Assembly: GCA_965235115.1 (NCBI GenBank)
Contig: OZ249436.1
Location: 36,706,001 to 36,770,000, forward strand
Length of the DNA: 64,000 bases
DNA from: Laetmonice hystrix
Lineage: Eukaryota
Direction of reading: 5' to 3'
The notes beneath the pieces were generated by a model. The model saw only the letters and a program-made list of their open reading frames with translations, was not told where the DNA came from and did not search any database. Below, in pieces: positions 1-11,900 of the stretch; position 1 is the first letter of the stretch; the number at the start of each line of letters is the position of its first letter. Both the position numbers and the translations under genes were made by a program.

Positions 1-2735
1 CTGCAAGCGAGCACTGGAAATGGACCCTGCCCTTGTAAAGGGTCACTTCTTTCTTGGCCAAGCTTTGTTAGAAATAAATCTTTATGATGAGGCCATCACA
101 AGTCTTATGAGAGGTAATTAATCAGGATATGCCATAAGTACTTGACATTCTACTTTCAATCTTTGAAGTGGTACTGGAATTAGTTCCTATACAGCGGAGT
201 CTAGTTATAACGAAGTATTTGGGGGGTGGAAAATAATTCATTATATATGAGGAAATTTGTCAGGTGGCAAAAGCTGACATAAATTTACTTCTGGCCAAGT
301 TGGTAACAAGTCGCTTCACAAGTCACCAGTAGTAGGCAAGCTAAACCTGGGCATGTGTAGGGCCCTTCATTCCTTCCCTTCTGGTGGCCCATGCCTGCCA
401 ACTTTGGCCCCGGGTCTGTTGTCACTTGACCTACTTCGTTAAAGCTGGGCAATTCGTCAGTTTAGGGGGAAACTTGCCTTCATTATAAGGGTAATTTCGC
501 TATAGCCAGATTCGTTATATCCGTATTTTATTATATTAAAAATAACAAAAAATATTTGATTCCTAAGAATGACTTCGTTATAGGCAGAATTTCATTATAG
601 CCATGTTTGTTATAATTGGACTCCACCATACATATTTTTGTGTCTAATGAGCTAAATTCTCTATAGCCAAAAGGCCTGCTTGATATGGAACAATTAAATG
701 AGTGTATAGTAAAAGAAATACCTGCAGTTTATTTAATCAATTACTCACAACATTTATATGAACACGTGTTGGCTTGTCAGAAAATTATTACGCTTTCACT
801 GATATGTATAATGCAACTGGATTATTGCAGCACATGATTTGGCAAAGGAGCAGAAGTTAAATTTTGGCGATGATATAGCAAGTGCACTGAGACAAGCAAA
901 AAAGCGCCGCTGGACGGTCATAGAAGAAAAAAGAATTCAACAAGAAATTCAACTCCAAACATACTTAAATAGATTGATTTTGGAAGAAAAAGAAAGGTAA
1001 TGATTAAATACATTATGTATCATTAAAAGTGAAGTAATACTCTGATGTTTAATGTAGAACATTCTAGATATTTATAATTTTAAGACCCGATGCAGTTTGT
1101 CTGCTTTCCATGAACTATATGTACTGGGGTACTTGCCACTTTACAAAAATATCTATCATTGCATGCTTTCCTTCATCGCTGAATACAGTCAGACCTCATT
1201 AATCCTTGCTTCTTTAATCCGTTTCCCTCACAGTCTGGACACACTTTCTGGTAACCTCTTCTACCATTTTCTATTTAAAGTGATTCAGTAATCAGTATGT
1301 TTTACAATCAAAACACGTTTTAATGGGCACCAAGCTGTTCGAATAAATGAGGCCTGACTGTATTTCATGATTAAATCTGTGTTAAATTTAGTTACAAGTG
1401 TTAATTATGATCATAAAGATGTTTGTATTGCTGTTGTGTTGCCTTTTCTCCTATTGAGTAACTTTTTTTTATTTATAATCAGACAGTTGCAAACATTGAA
1501 GGATGCAGGAGAATGTACTAATTCAGAAGCTGCTGACCATATTGAATTGGAAAATGTAAGTTTGTCATCTCTCATAAACCGATACTCATACATGAAATTA
1601 TATTAGAGGTATTAAATTAGATTGTATCCCTTTCAAAAGTTGAATTTACACTTATAGTATTTATCTTAGATAGATTATGCATCAATTTCTAATGTTATGA
1701 CATGCAGGAGTGATCTTTGCATTTGTCTGAAACCTTCAATTTTACACTTTGTATTGAAGTAGAAGTGGTTTTTTTTTTATATATTATTTAACAAATTTCT
1801 AACCAGTTACCGGTACCATTAGATTAATAACTTTAATATAATAAACATGGTCTTAATTTACTTATAATTAAAGTTTTTCTTTGAAGGTAGAGGTTTAACT
1901 TTAAGTTGAAATGAACTTTATAAATAAATCACTTTGAATAGCTAAATGTTTTATACCTTTTGTAATGGCCTGTACATCAGATTTCCTGTTGCTTTTTTCT
2001 TTTAGCAAAAACGGTTAACTGAAGTGAATGATCTCTTCGCCCAGGTAGATGATAGGAGACAGGTAGGCACTGTAACACCTCAGTTTAAATGGATCACACT
2101 CTAAATAGCCACTAATTATTTTTGATAAAACTCAGTAAATCGACGTTGCTGCCTGTTTTACAATGTTAAATTTGGTGAAGATAAAGAGGTATGCCTTATT
2201 ATTTTTTGTTTATATTTTCCAAAAGAAACGTGAAGTGCCTGATTACCTGTGTGGAAAGATAAGTTTTGAAGTCATGAGAGATCCAGTCATAACACCGAGT
2301 GGAATAACGTATGACAAGAAGGACATTGAGGAACACTTACAGGTATATCACCAGACTTGATGCAAAATAAAAACATCAGATTGCATATTCCAGTTCATTT
2401 ATTGAAAAGTTAAGCTTTACTCTGTACTCCAATTTCCATCTTTTCATTTTATTTATATATTTTTCATGTGCATTGGAAGATGGAACAAAGTTCAGTTATC
2501 AGAACTTTGAACGCAGTCATAATCACCTCAAAATTCACTCAAAAAGCACATGAAAATAGCATTGATGTATCGTTGAGATAATATATTACCAATTCTTTTT
2601 TTTCATCAGCGTGTAGGTCATTTTGATCCTGTCACACGCTCAGACCTGACACAGGATCAACTGATACCTAACTTGGCCATGAAGGAAGTAATTGACAACT
2701 TTGTCGAGCAAGCACCCTGGGCCGAGGACTATTGA
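1..2735 (+). CDS. STUB1: E3 ubiquitin ligase CHIP (TPR + U-box), 5'-partial, spliced
   Basis: Exons <1-113, 831-996, 1483-1555, 2006-2062, 2226-2342, 2610-2735, all GT-AG and frame-consistent. Translation includes TPR end [29 protein letters not shown] and U-box [28 protein letters not shown]...[31 protein letters not shown]...WAEDY*. AATAAA at 3933. Confidence 0.97.
192..628. mobile_element. Tc1/mariner (Tigger/pogo-like) MITE, degenerate
   Basis: TA|CAGCGGAGTCTAGTTATAAC ... GTTATAATTGGACTCCACCA|TA with internal ttcgttata repeats. Confidence 0.6.
1186..1360. mobile_element. Tc1/mariner-type MITE
   Basis: TA|CAGTCAGACCTCATT ... AATGAGGCCTGACTG|TA. A related partial copy starts at about 27558. 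Confidence 0.8.
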
Positions 2736-4769
2736 AGGATGACTATTGCCTGTTACCTCAAAGGTCATTTCACGATGTGTTCATACACAAGCCCAGGAAA
2801 AACTCATTGAGGATCAACCCATTCAACCTGAGAAGAGAATACGAGTGTTCAGGGATGTACAATAGCAGGATCAGGAAAACTTCTGAAGGGGTTTGGGATC
2901 AGGGATGCTTCAACAAACTTTCTGGCTCACGAGTGCAGCTTAATGATAATGCAGACGGGATGTGTTTCACAGCCTGTGGTTAGCTTGTCGCGGCGGTAAT
3001 ATCAATTTTATTCAATGGGGGATTTTAATGCACAAGATAACACTGGGTGTGAAAGGCACCCCTGATGCCACAACTTCTTATGTGCCAGACATCAGTAAGT
3101 GGCATCAGTATGTGACTTAAGTTGGACTTATCCAGTATTTAAAGCCATCCCATGTAACTTTGTATTAGGTATGGTATGGCGTTGCATTTGGTTTCGACAA
3201 TAATGTCAATCAACAGAGAGAAAAAGAATCGTACATTCTGTCTTAGTTGCCATACCTAGCTGACCCTAATTGTACTGTATCACAACCTTCCATAGTAATA
3301 AAACTAATTACCAATGCTAGTGACTTAATGTCTGCAAGACTGTGTAAGTCTTAATGGCCAGGCAATGATAAACTAGGGTTCATATTTCAACTTGACTGTC
3401 TTTCTCAATATAATGACGATTGATATTGTAATCCATAGTCGCCATCGGGGATGGTAAGTATTCCGACTGTTTAAAAAGCTTTCTCCTTGGTATTCTGTTA
3501 CAGTACCCCAGAAGGCATACCGATAAGTGTAAGATACTGATAGGAAGGCTTGTATATAATGGCATGCCACTGGCTGGTAGGTAAAAATGGCCCAGATTGC
3601 GCCATCCATTCCTTCCTGTCAACATTATCACAATGACCTTATTTTGTATAAATGAAGGAACTGTATTTAATCATGGGAATTGTACAGTGGACTGTACATT
3701 ATTGCATAATTTTTGCAAAATTAAATTTTCAGGCATTTTCATGTGAAAAGCATTGGAAGTACTCATCCGTGCATTTTGAGTTTTAGTTAGGAGTCTGCTA
3801 GATCCACATTTTGATATCATCACTCAAGGCATGTCATTAAAGTTGGGAGTGGGTGCTCCAGTTCGTAATGGCTGCCCTAACAATTGCACAGACTCGCTGT
3901 GGCACAGCCCAGCTTCAATCCTACTGTTACTGAATAAAGTTACTATGTTATTGAAAAATGTTGTCTGATTAACTTGGATTTCATCTAGTTATCTCAGTTC
4001 AAGCAACCTCCCCGTTCCCTAACTAGCCAATAGATGCAAACCCTAAATTTTTCACCTGGACCATACTTAGACTTGAAACTTTGGCTTCAAGGTCACACAG
4101 TTGTGATTATATGGACCAAGAGGTGCTTTTTCGATACCTTTTAACCTTGAAGTTGAACAGCTGCCCATTTATTACTAAATAAGGGTACAAAATGTGGCTC
4201 TTGGCCTTGAATTCTGTATTGAACAAGAGAATTTATCTGGGCTGTAACATAAGAAGTTTTGATGATTTGCCAGATACTCGCCATTTTTTCCTCTACATTC
4301 AACAGTAGATATGAAATGTACACAACATACTCTCACGTAAGGATAAAAAAAATGATGAAAGTTAAGGTAAACAGTTCTGCTTTGATTTAGAAAGGTGACT
4401 AGTCTTGTATTGGTGTGTTTGATTTGGTAACAGAATGAAAAATGTTAAAACGAGAACACTGATAACAGTTTCACAAAAGACTAACACCATGGTAGATAAA
4501 ATATGGTGATTTTATTACCCGTAAACCATCAAATTTGGTTGAAATTAACAGCTCGTTTTAAGCCTTCTTCAATGGAAGATGCACGATGACTTGTTAAAAA
4601 GTTTAGGCTTTCTTGTCTGTTGGTCCCATCATCTATAGAATGTATATTATGTTCCCTCCCCCAGTTCAACTATAACATATCTCATATCCATATTCCAGTT
4701 TAAAAATTAAGCTGACCATGAGATCTGAACTAAATATATCCAGAAGATGATTTTCTACTGGCTGCAGAT

Positions 4770-7700
4770 CTACCAGGGGGCCAGGAATGTAGATATGAAC
4801 ACACTGGTGTCGATATTCAGCGTCCCATGCCACCAATGGTCCGGAAAGTAAATTGCCTGTAAGAGAAAGCAACGAAAAGTCTTGAAAATGATAAACCACT
4901 GCATACCTACACTGCAAAAATTGGAATGTGAGATTTTCCATGAAGAAGACATAACCATGGAATTTATTGTAAAATGCTCTTTAAAGAGGACCTTTGCTCA
5001 TGCAGATTCGGAGAGAAGGCACTTGAATAGCTCACCTCTCCTGGTTTGATTGTACATTCATAGGGTTTGTTTGAGTCGGACAAGCTAGGGTACTCGTTCA
5101 TCAGCCAATGCAGAGTTGTTTTATCTGGGTGGAACTTGGGTTGTTGGTGGGGTGGATACAAGAACCAACGCTGCAAGAAAATCATTAATATTCTGTAAGA
5201 AGGTTTGTCATATTTTTCTACATTATTTTCTAATCTAGAAAAAGAATTTTTTTAGGTTTGATCTTTGTATTTTGAGGCTTCTGATTGGCTGGCTAGAGCA
5301 GACCAGCCAATCAGAAGCCAGTTAGTTTACTCAAGTGGAGAATTTTTGAAAAACTGGGCTCTGGCTCAAAGGTGGTTTGAACCCAGACTCTGAGGTTAGA
5401 GGCCCTGTGGTCATGAGCGGGAGGCTTCGACCACTAAGCCACTGAGGCCAATTTTTTGTTGCATTAACCTAGGTAGCTGACAGATAATGTTGAACTACTA
5501 ATACCACCTAGTAGTTTGCCTGAACAAAATTTGGGAAAACTATCCTGTACTCTATACATAGTCTTAGACGATCTCCCTCTCCCGCCATACCTTTCTACCA
5601 TAAATTACTTCCCCAAAGCCAGGTCCATGGAAATGAAATGGCACACCAGTTCCAGCTCCTGTAAAAGGGAAACAAATAATTAAGGATTTCTTACATTTGA
5701 CACTGTATGATTGAAATGATCATGAATTCATCAGCAAGTCATTCTATTGCTGGACTAGGATTTTTGCTACAATATAGAATAATTATTGAACATAGAACAA
5801 CATAGTGGATATAGGACCCTGAGATTCTGAATTGTGTTTGAGGATAATAAAAGGCTTTACCTGCTATCCCAAAGCTGTAAGCACTGCTATGTTTTGGAAG
5901 CTTGTATGGAGGTTGCTTGTAAATATCAAACATGTCCTGCCATTCTGTGTAGTTGTTGTCACCAAACCAGTATAGGGTTTCTGGAGTAAAGTAACTTCAT
6001 CTATTGTTATATCAAGAGTTTGGGGTCAGATTTATGGGATTGTTTCATACCAAATCAACAGATTTTCATGATTTTCCTTGCACGCTCACAAATTTTGAAA
6101 CAATTTCTGCCCAACCCTTGCTCACTTAAATGGCCATATACCAAAAAGGATTAAGAGAAGAGAGGTGAGACTTTTCTAAGTTCTTGTTTGTAACAATACA
6201 TACATTCAGTTCAGTAGTACCCATATTTTTAATTCAATACTTGAATACTGTATCTTACCATTGCCTAAAGTGCCCACTGGCTGAGGTTTCATAATCTCAT
6301 TTACATACTTCTGTAAAGTTATATCAACTGCAACACAAAACAAACAACCTGTTAATCAAACTGCCAAACAAAGATATTTTAGTAGTCTGAAATACGGAGC
6401 CCCCCCCCCCGCCATTTTCATTCCTTTTGCTAGAGTTTGTCATTTGTAAACATTACAGATCTACATCAGGGTGATTATGAGGGAGTGAAAAGGTCTTCCA
6501 ATTTATTCAGACCATTTTGTGTGATGGCGAGAATAAGGCTGGCCTTAAAAAATTGTTTTTTCCGAAGAATTTTCTTGGAAGACATTTGATGATTCATGAA
6601 TTTTGGACAATTTTTTTCCCCTATTGGAGATCAGGCATGAAAAACCGAATGGTGACCATCTACATGTCCACGGCACATTCCTACATTTTATTATTTGTGC
6701 TCCATTAGTTTTACCTTTCTTATAGGAATGCGTATTGGCTGAGCTCAGTCTGACAGTCTTGTGGCCATGCTCTTCCATCAACTGCCTCTTTTTGCACTGT
6801 TCTCTGAAATTCTGTGGACATAACACACTGATACAGGGCTTTCAAATTGAGATGGCGGCCAGGGGGGATCCATCTACAAGGGCTACCTGTGCCAGACCCT
6901 TTAACAGAATTCCAGGCATGGATTGCATGGTGCCTGCTACTTTAGCCTAATACCTGCCTACTCAAAAGCAACTTGAAAGCCCTGTGATACCTCCTAAATG
7001 TCACATGTGCCTTGCATTTTTTTTATATAATAGTCACACTTAAAAATTTAGAAACATTACACTGAGTAACATTGTATACCAGTACTCATTTCAACTTACC
7101 TTTTCCAAACAAACTTAGTTACATTTACTACATTTATAAGAAAGAAAATCCTTGGTCTATAAGCATCTATTTCATATTTTAATTGCGGACATTGTATAGG
7201 ATAAACGGGATTTTTAGCGAGTAGCACATATTTCTCAGTCCAGTTACATACTTTGTTGCACAAGCCTTTGATGATCACAGGGGCACTGTATGCATACCTA
7301 GAAAGACCAACATTACACTGGCAACATTTGTAAACTCAGCCATACAAATAATAAAATTGTTGAATTTTGTAAATTGCTAGATGCTTGAATATCCTGACAA
7401 AATGTTTGTGGATGCTTTTCAGTGTTGATTAAATACAACTGTTTAAAAATATATTTCTATATTACTAAAAGTTAGGAAAAATAAATATTTAAAAAGTAAA
7501 TTTTAAGTTTCCAAAAGTGCAAATGGGGCAAATTCCTGGAGATGGGCAAGGGTCAGCCATTTACCTCTCAAGAAATTCTTGTTGTGTAAGACTAGCATCA
7601 CGGACTTCAATGTTACAAGGTCCTGGGTGTGCAATAAGCCCTTCTTTATCAGTCCACCTATAAGGAGGGGGAAAAAACATGATATCATTAGTAAAGGGAT

Positions 7701-8684
7701 CAAAGCAAATATAAAGTTACATATTTTATTCTTTTTTTTTCTAACCTGGCTACACCTTGGTGAGCAAGCTTTGTAGATACTTGCATGTATACTAATACTA
7801 TAGTAGTATATTTGGACAGTGAACCATACAGATTGTCATATAGAATTTTAAATACAGAATGGTAGAAGTTGGTGAGGGGGAATTACTAAATTATATTTAT
7901 ACTGATATTACACTACCGGTACAGGGCATAATTTACCCGGTATCATTGCAGTTTGTGACCCAATTTCACCTCTTTGCGATTCAAAAACAGTATGCTTCAC
8001 AATGAATTCCCATTCAAATCCCTTCCGAGTAGCAGTCACTGCGAATCAATTCTTTTGAAGTAAATTATCCCCTGGACTACCATAATTATTAGACCAACAT
8101 AATATTATTAATGTACGGTAAGTTATACATGCACTCGTATCAAAAACGCAGTGGTTATTCTGCCGTCAGATGGCAGAATAAGTAGGTAATTAGTTTGACT
8201 TATTAATACCGACACGAAAGAATATGTTTGGATTAGCAGGCCCATAATTTCGGTTAAATTATTGAGGGGGCTAGATAATTTCCATTGAATTATTGAGGGG
8301 GCGCTCGACGAACAGATCCAAGGTTCTCCCTAATAAAGTAGGATAGTGTTAGTGTAGTCCCAAAATTCTTGTTAATTTTGGGCACTAATTAGATAATCCG
8401 CTATTCTGCCGTCAGACACCATCCAATAGGAATCCAGTATTGCCCTCACGTGACCCATCCATACACCAGAATAACCACTGCACTGCCACTGGCACACAAA
8501 AAAATAAAAAAAATAAGTTCTTTGGAAAAATCTAAACAAGAATCACAAGTTCGTTTACTGCATACCATCCCCCATCCTCCTGCACATCGTCCACACTAAC
8601 TACAAGGACGATGTAAGCAAAGAACCATACTAAAATGGTTATTGTCGTGGAAGCTTGATGTTGGAGTGTCAACGTGGTACCCAT
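4770..8684 (-). CDS. JMJD8: JmjC domain-containing protein 8, spliced
   Basis: Exons (minus) 8684-8566, 7657-7565, 7297-7252, 6811-6715, 6327-6259, 5980-5861, 5658-5591, 5170-5036, 4856-4770. Hydrophobic N-terminal leader, VRLSSANTHSY, TLYWFGDNNYTEW, YSFGIAGAGTGVPFHFHGPG, RWFLYPP, YFPDHWWHGTLNIDTSVFISTFL, all matching the JMJD8 pattern. Confidence 0.95.
5363..5449 (-). mobile_element. tRNA-derived SINE head fragment
   Basis: Minus strand has A-box TGGCTTAGTGG and B-box GGTTCAAACC but no convincing cloverleaf. Intronic. Confidence 0.55.
6834..6984. mobile_element. hAT5-like MITE
   Basis: TIR CAGGGCTTTCAA...TTGAAAGCCCTG with 5-bp TSD TGATA on both sides. Confidence 0.85.
8149..8480. mobile_element. 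TIR element (MITE) in JMJD8 intron 1
   Basis: CAGTGGTTATTCTG ... CAGAATAACCACTG inverted termini. No clear TSD. Confidence 0.6.
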
Positions 8685-8938
8685 GTTTTGATATTTTTGT
8701 GAATTACCTCGCGATATGTGTCCTGTTCCTATAATTGATCTGATTAAAAAGATATAACCTGTTGGAGTTGTTAGACCAAAAATATCTGTAATACTTTAAA
8801 AGATTTATATATTTTTTATCTATTGTCTTTATGATGATATCGTTTTGTTTGGTATTTATTTCGCGTTTACATGGGCAGTGCATTTGTGTCTACGAGGTCA
8901 CTGAGCAGGCGTCCCAAATGCTGTACCAAACAGACGAG
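8685..8938. promoter_or_regulatory. Putative bidirectional promoter, JMJD8 / CAMLG
   Basis: Only about 250 bp between the divergent start codons. Contains a palindromic TCGCGA (cctcgcgata, around 8707-8716). Confidence 0.6.
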
Positions 8939-11900
8939 ATGAGTACAGAAGTGATGGAAAATGCTGCAAATGCAGCGGCTAAACGCCGTGAACAGCGCAG
9001 ACGGCGAATTCTAATGAACCCAGAAGAAAGAATGAATAGATTAACAGGTTATAGTCAAAGCGGTTCAGGTAAGTTCGAGAAATCCGTTTGGGATGCGCAG
9101 ACCCTGGTCGATAATAGGGGAGTTTGTCGTAGGCATAAACATGGGGTATCATCAATCGGCGACGTCATGTCAGGGAAGCGGCGAGATATTAAAAAATGTG
9201 CGTAACCCATAGCTAAATGGGTTCCGCAGATTTTTTTCCCCATTCATCCATTAACCCGTTCATTTTGAATAACCCATTTACAACTTAGTTACAGGGGCGT
9301 AGACAAGGGGGGGGGGGGGCTTGGGCCAGTTGGGGGGGCTGAAGCCCCCCAGATTTTTAAGGGTGGCCTATATTATAATAATCTAAACTTTGTGCCCCAG
9401 GTTGTTTCTATTCTAGCACACTCTTCAGCCCCCCCCCCCCAGATTTTACCACTTGTCTACGCCCCTGAGTTACTGTTACTGTTGACAGTGTTGTGACGTG
9501 TTAGTATCGATAGTATAGTATGTTCCAGGAAGATGAAGGCTGATAGCCTGTAGGTCCTGATCGTTTCGTGTGAAATTGGTGGTACTAAGTTTTGCATGCG
9601 TGTGGGGGTTTAGTGTGGTCTAGTCGGGGGTTAAGAATAGTTCATTCCGGCAGTGCAAGTCTAATCGGTTTTTGAAACTATTGATGGTTTCGGCCGACAC
9701 CACTTCAGCCGGCAGGCTGTTCCAATCGTTGATAACTCTTTGGCTGAAAGATTTTCGGCGGCAGTCCCTGGTTGCTAGAGGTTTAAAGATTTTTAGGTGG
9801 TGTCCTCTGGTGGGTCTATTTTCAGGAATATGGAAGAATTTTTTCTGTGTTGACTCTGTCGATGTTGTTGACAATTTTGTAGACTTGTATCATGTCACCT
9901 CTTTTTCTTCTGTAGTATAAGGATGGGATTTCTAGGTGTTTTAGCCTGTCTGAGTATGGGAGGTCCTTGATTGCCTTTACTAGTTTCGTTGCGCGCCTCT
10001 GTACTCTCTCGACTGCTTTTGCATCCATGATGTAGTTGGGGCCCCATACAGAGTTCCCGTACTCTAAGTGGGGCCTTACTAGTGATTTATAGAGTAAGGG
10101 TAGGGTTTTGCTGTCCAGTGATAAGAAGGTCTTCTTTATGACTGCCAGGATTTGGTTTGCTTTGCTGATAGTTGCTGCTGTGTGTGTGTGGAATTTCAGT
10201 TTGTTGTCAATGATAATGCCAAGGTCTTTTTCCTTCTCCATGTTTTCTAAGACTGTACCGTTCATGAGGTAGTTGTGCTTTGGGTTGGTTGCTCCTAGGT
10301 GTAACACTTTACATTTACTCTCGTTAAAACCTAATTGCCACGTTTTGGACCATACTGAGAGGTTGGATATGTCTTCTTGCAGGGTAAGTATGTCGGCTGG
10401 GGTTTTCAGTGGCCTGAACATTTTGGTGTCATCTGCAAATATACGAGTTATACTTTGTACTGCTGAAGGAAGGTCGTTTATGAATATAACAAAGAGGATT
10501 GGGCCTAAGACCGAGCCTTGCGGGATCCCACTTGTTACTTCGGCCCAGGAGGATTTTTGTCCGTTTTCTGCCTGACAGAAATTGTCGAATCCAGTAGAGA
10601 AGATTTCCTTGTATACCATAGGCTGCCAGTTTTGTCAAGAGTCTTTCATGTGGTACTGAGTCGAAGGCTTTTTTAAAGTCCAGATATATGGCATCGATGC
10701 TCGTCCCTTCTTCAATGATGGCTGTCCATTCTTCTAAGACGACTAGGAGTTGGGTAATGCAGGAGCGGCCAGGGACAAAGCCATGTTGTTCGTCAGCAAA
10801 CAGGTCATTTGCCATCATGTGGTTGACAATGCAGTCACGGATTAGTGATTCCATTAGTTTTGAGAATATTGATGTCAAGCTGATTGGGCGGAAGTTCCCG
10901 GCGCAGCGCTTGCTTCCCTTTTTGTGGATCGGGGTGATGTGACCCTCCTTCCAAAGGTTTACTATGGCTGCCTATGGGAAATCAAGGTTTTTTCAAGCAT
11001 TTTGTCCATTTTTATTGATAAATTAATTTTAGAAATGGCTCAAACTGCAGTATATTATAATTCAAAGGGTAACATTATACTTCGTAAAAAGAAAAAAGGG
11101 GGTCCCCGACTTAATGTTTGAGCTAGACGCCCCTGAAGTGACAGCCCCGCGTTATGTGCGCGCTGCTCTGGGCCAGGCCGCCGTGGGCTCTCCCGGGACC
11201 CTGTAGGCATATCCCGGCGTTAACACGCATAGGCTACAAGGAGGCGCGCCATTTACTCAAACTTTGCACTAGCTTTAGATCATAATTATGAACCTTTGCA
11301 TATGTGACAGTTTGATAACGATTCATAGCCGAGTTTATGAAAAATTTCTAGTTCAAAACGAGTGCGTGTGCGCTGGCACCACTGTCAGCCCCCCACCCAG
11401 TTGGCCCGATTCCGCACCTCCTTAATTGAACGAGAATCAGCCAATCATCCACGAGATGTGAAAGCATACGCATAGCCGCCCATTGTAGCAGTGCTCGGGA
11501 TGAATACACAACTCTGTGATAGACACCTCAGGCTCAGTCAACCACCCGCCCTGCGCCCCGCGGTCCCAGGAAAAGCCATCAACGTGACTAGAAGTCGACT
11601 GAGTTAGGAGTGTATCAACAACCCTAGATCAACTGGCTATTGTATATATGTAATATATTGGTCGAGTGCCCAACAAAATGAGAGGCACCTCGTAGGTAAC
11701 ATGTCCCTTGCCGGGCGCCTCTCGAGCGGAGCGGTGAGGGCCGGACATGATAAGGGGGACATAACCGGGGGTAGGGGCCTACATCCCGGGGGGCGGACAT
11801 GGCGACGGGCGGACATGTCGTGTTATCCTCGGGATGGATCCTCATGCTAAAGTGGTGCTACTGCATAGGCCTAACGTTAGTGAAGAACTGCACGTTTCTT

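Noticed and set aside
5363..5449. Possible tRNA gene
   Set aside because: A and B boxes are present, but I could not fold a proper cloverleaf. A SINE head fits better.
9822..10878. Functional reverse transcriptase gene
   Set aside because: 5'-truncated, lacks the endonuclease domain and has at least two frameshifts. It is a dead LINE copy.
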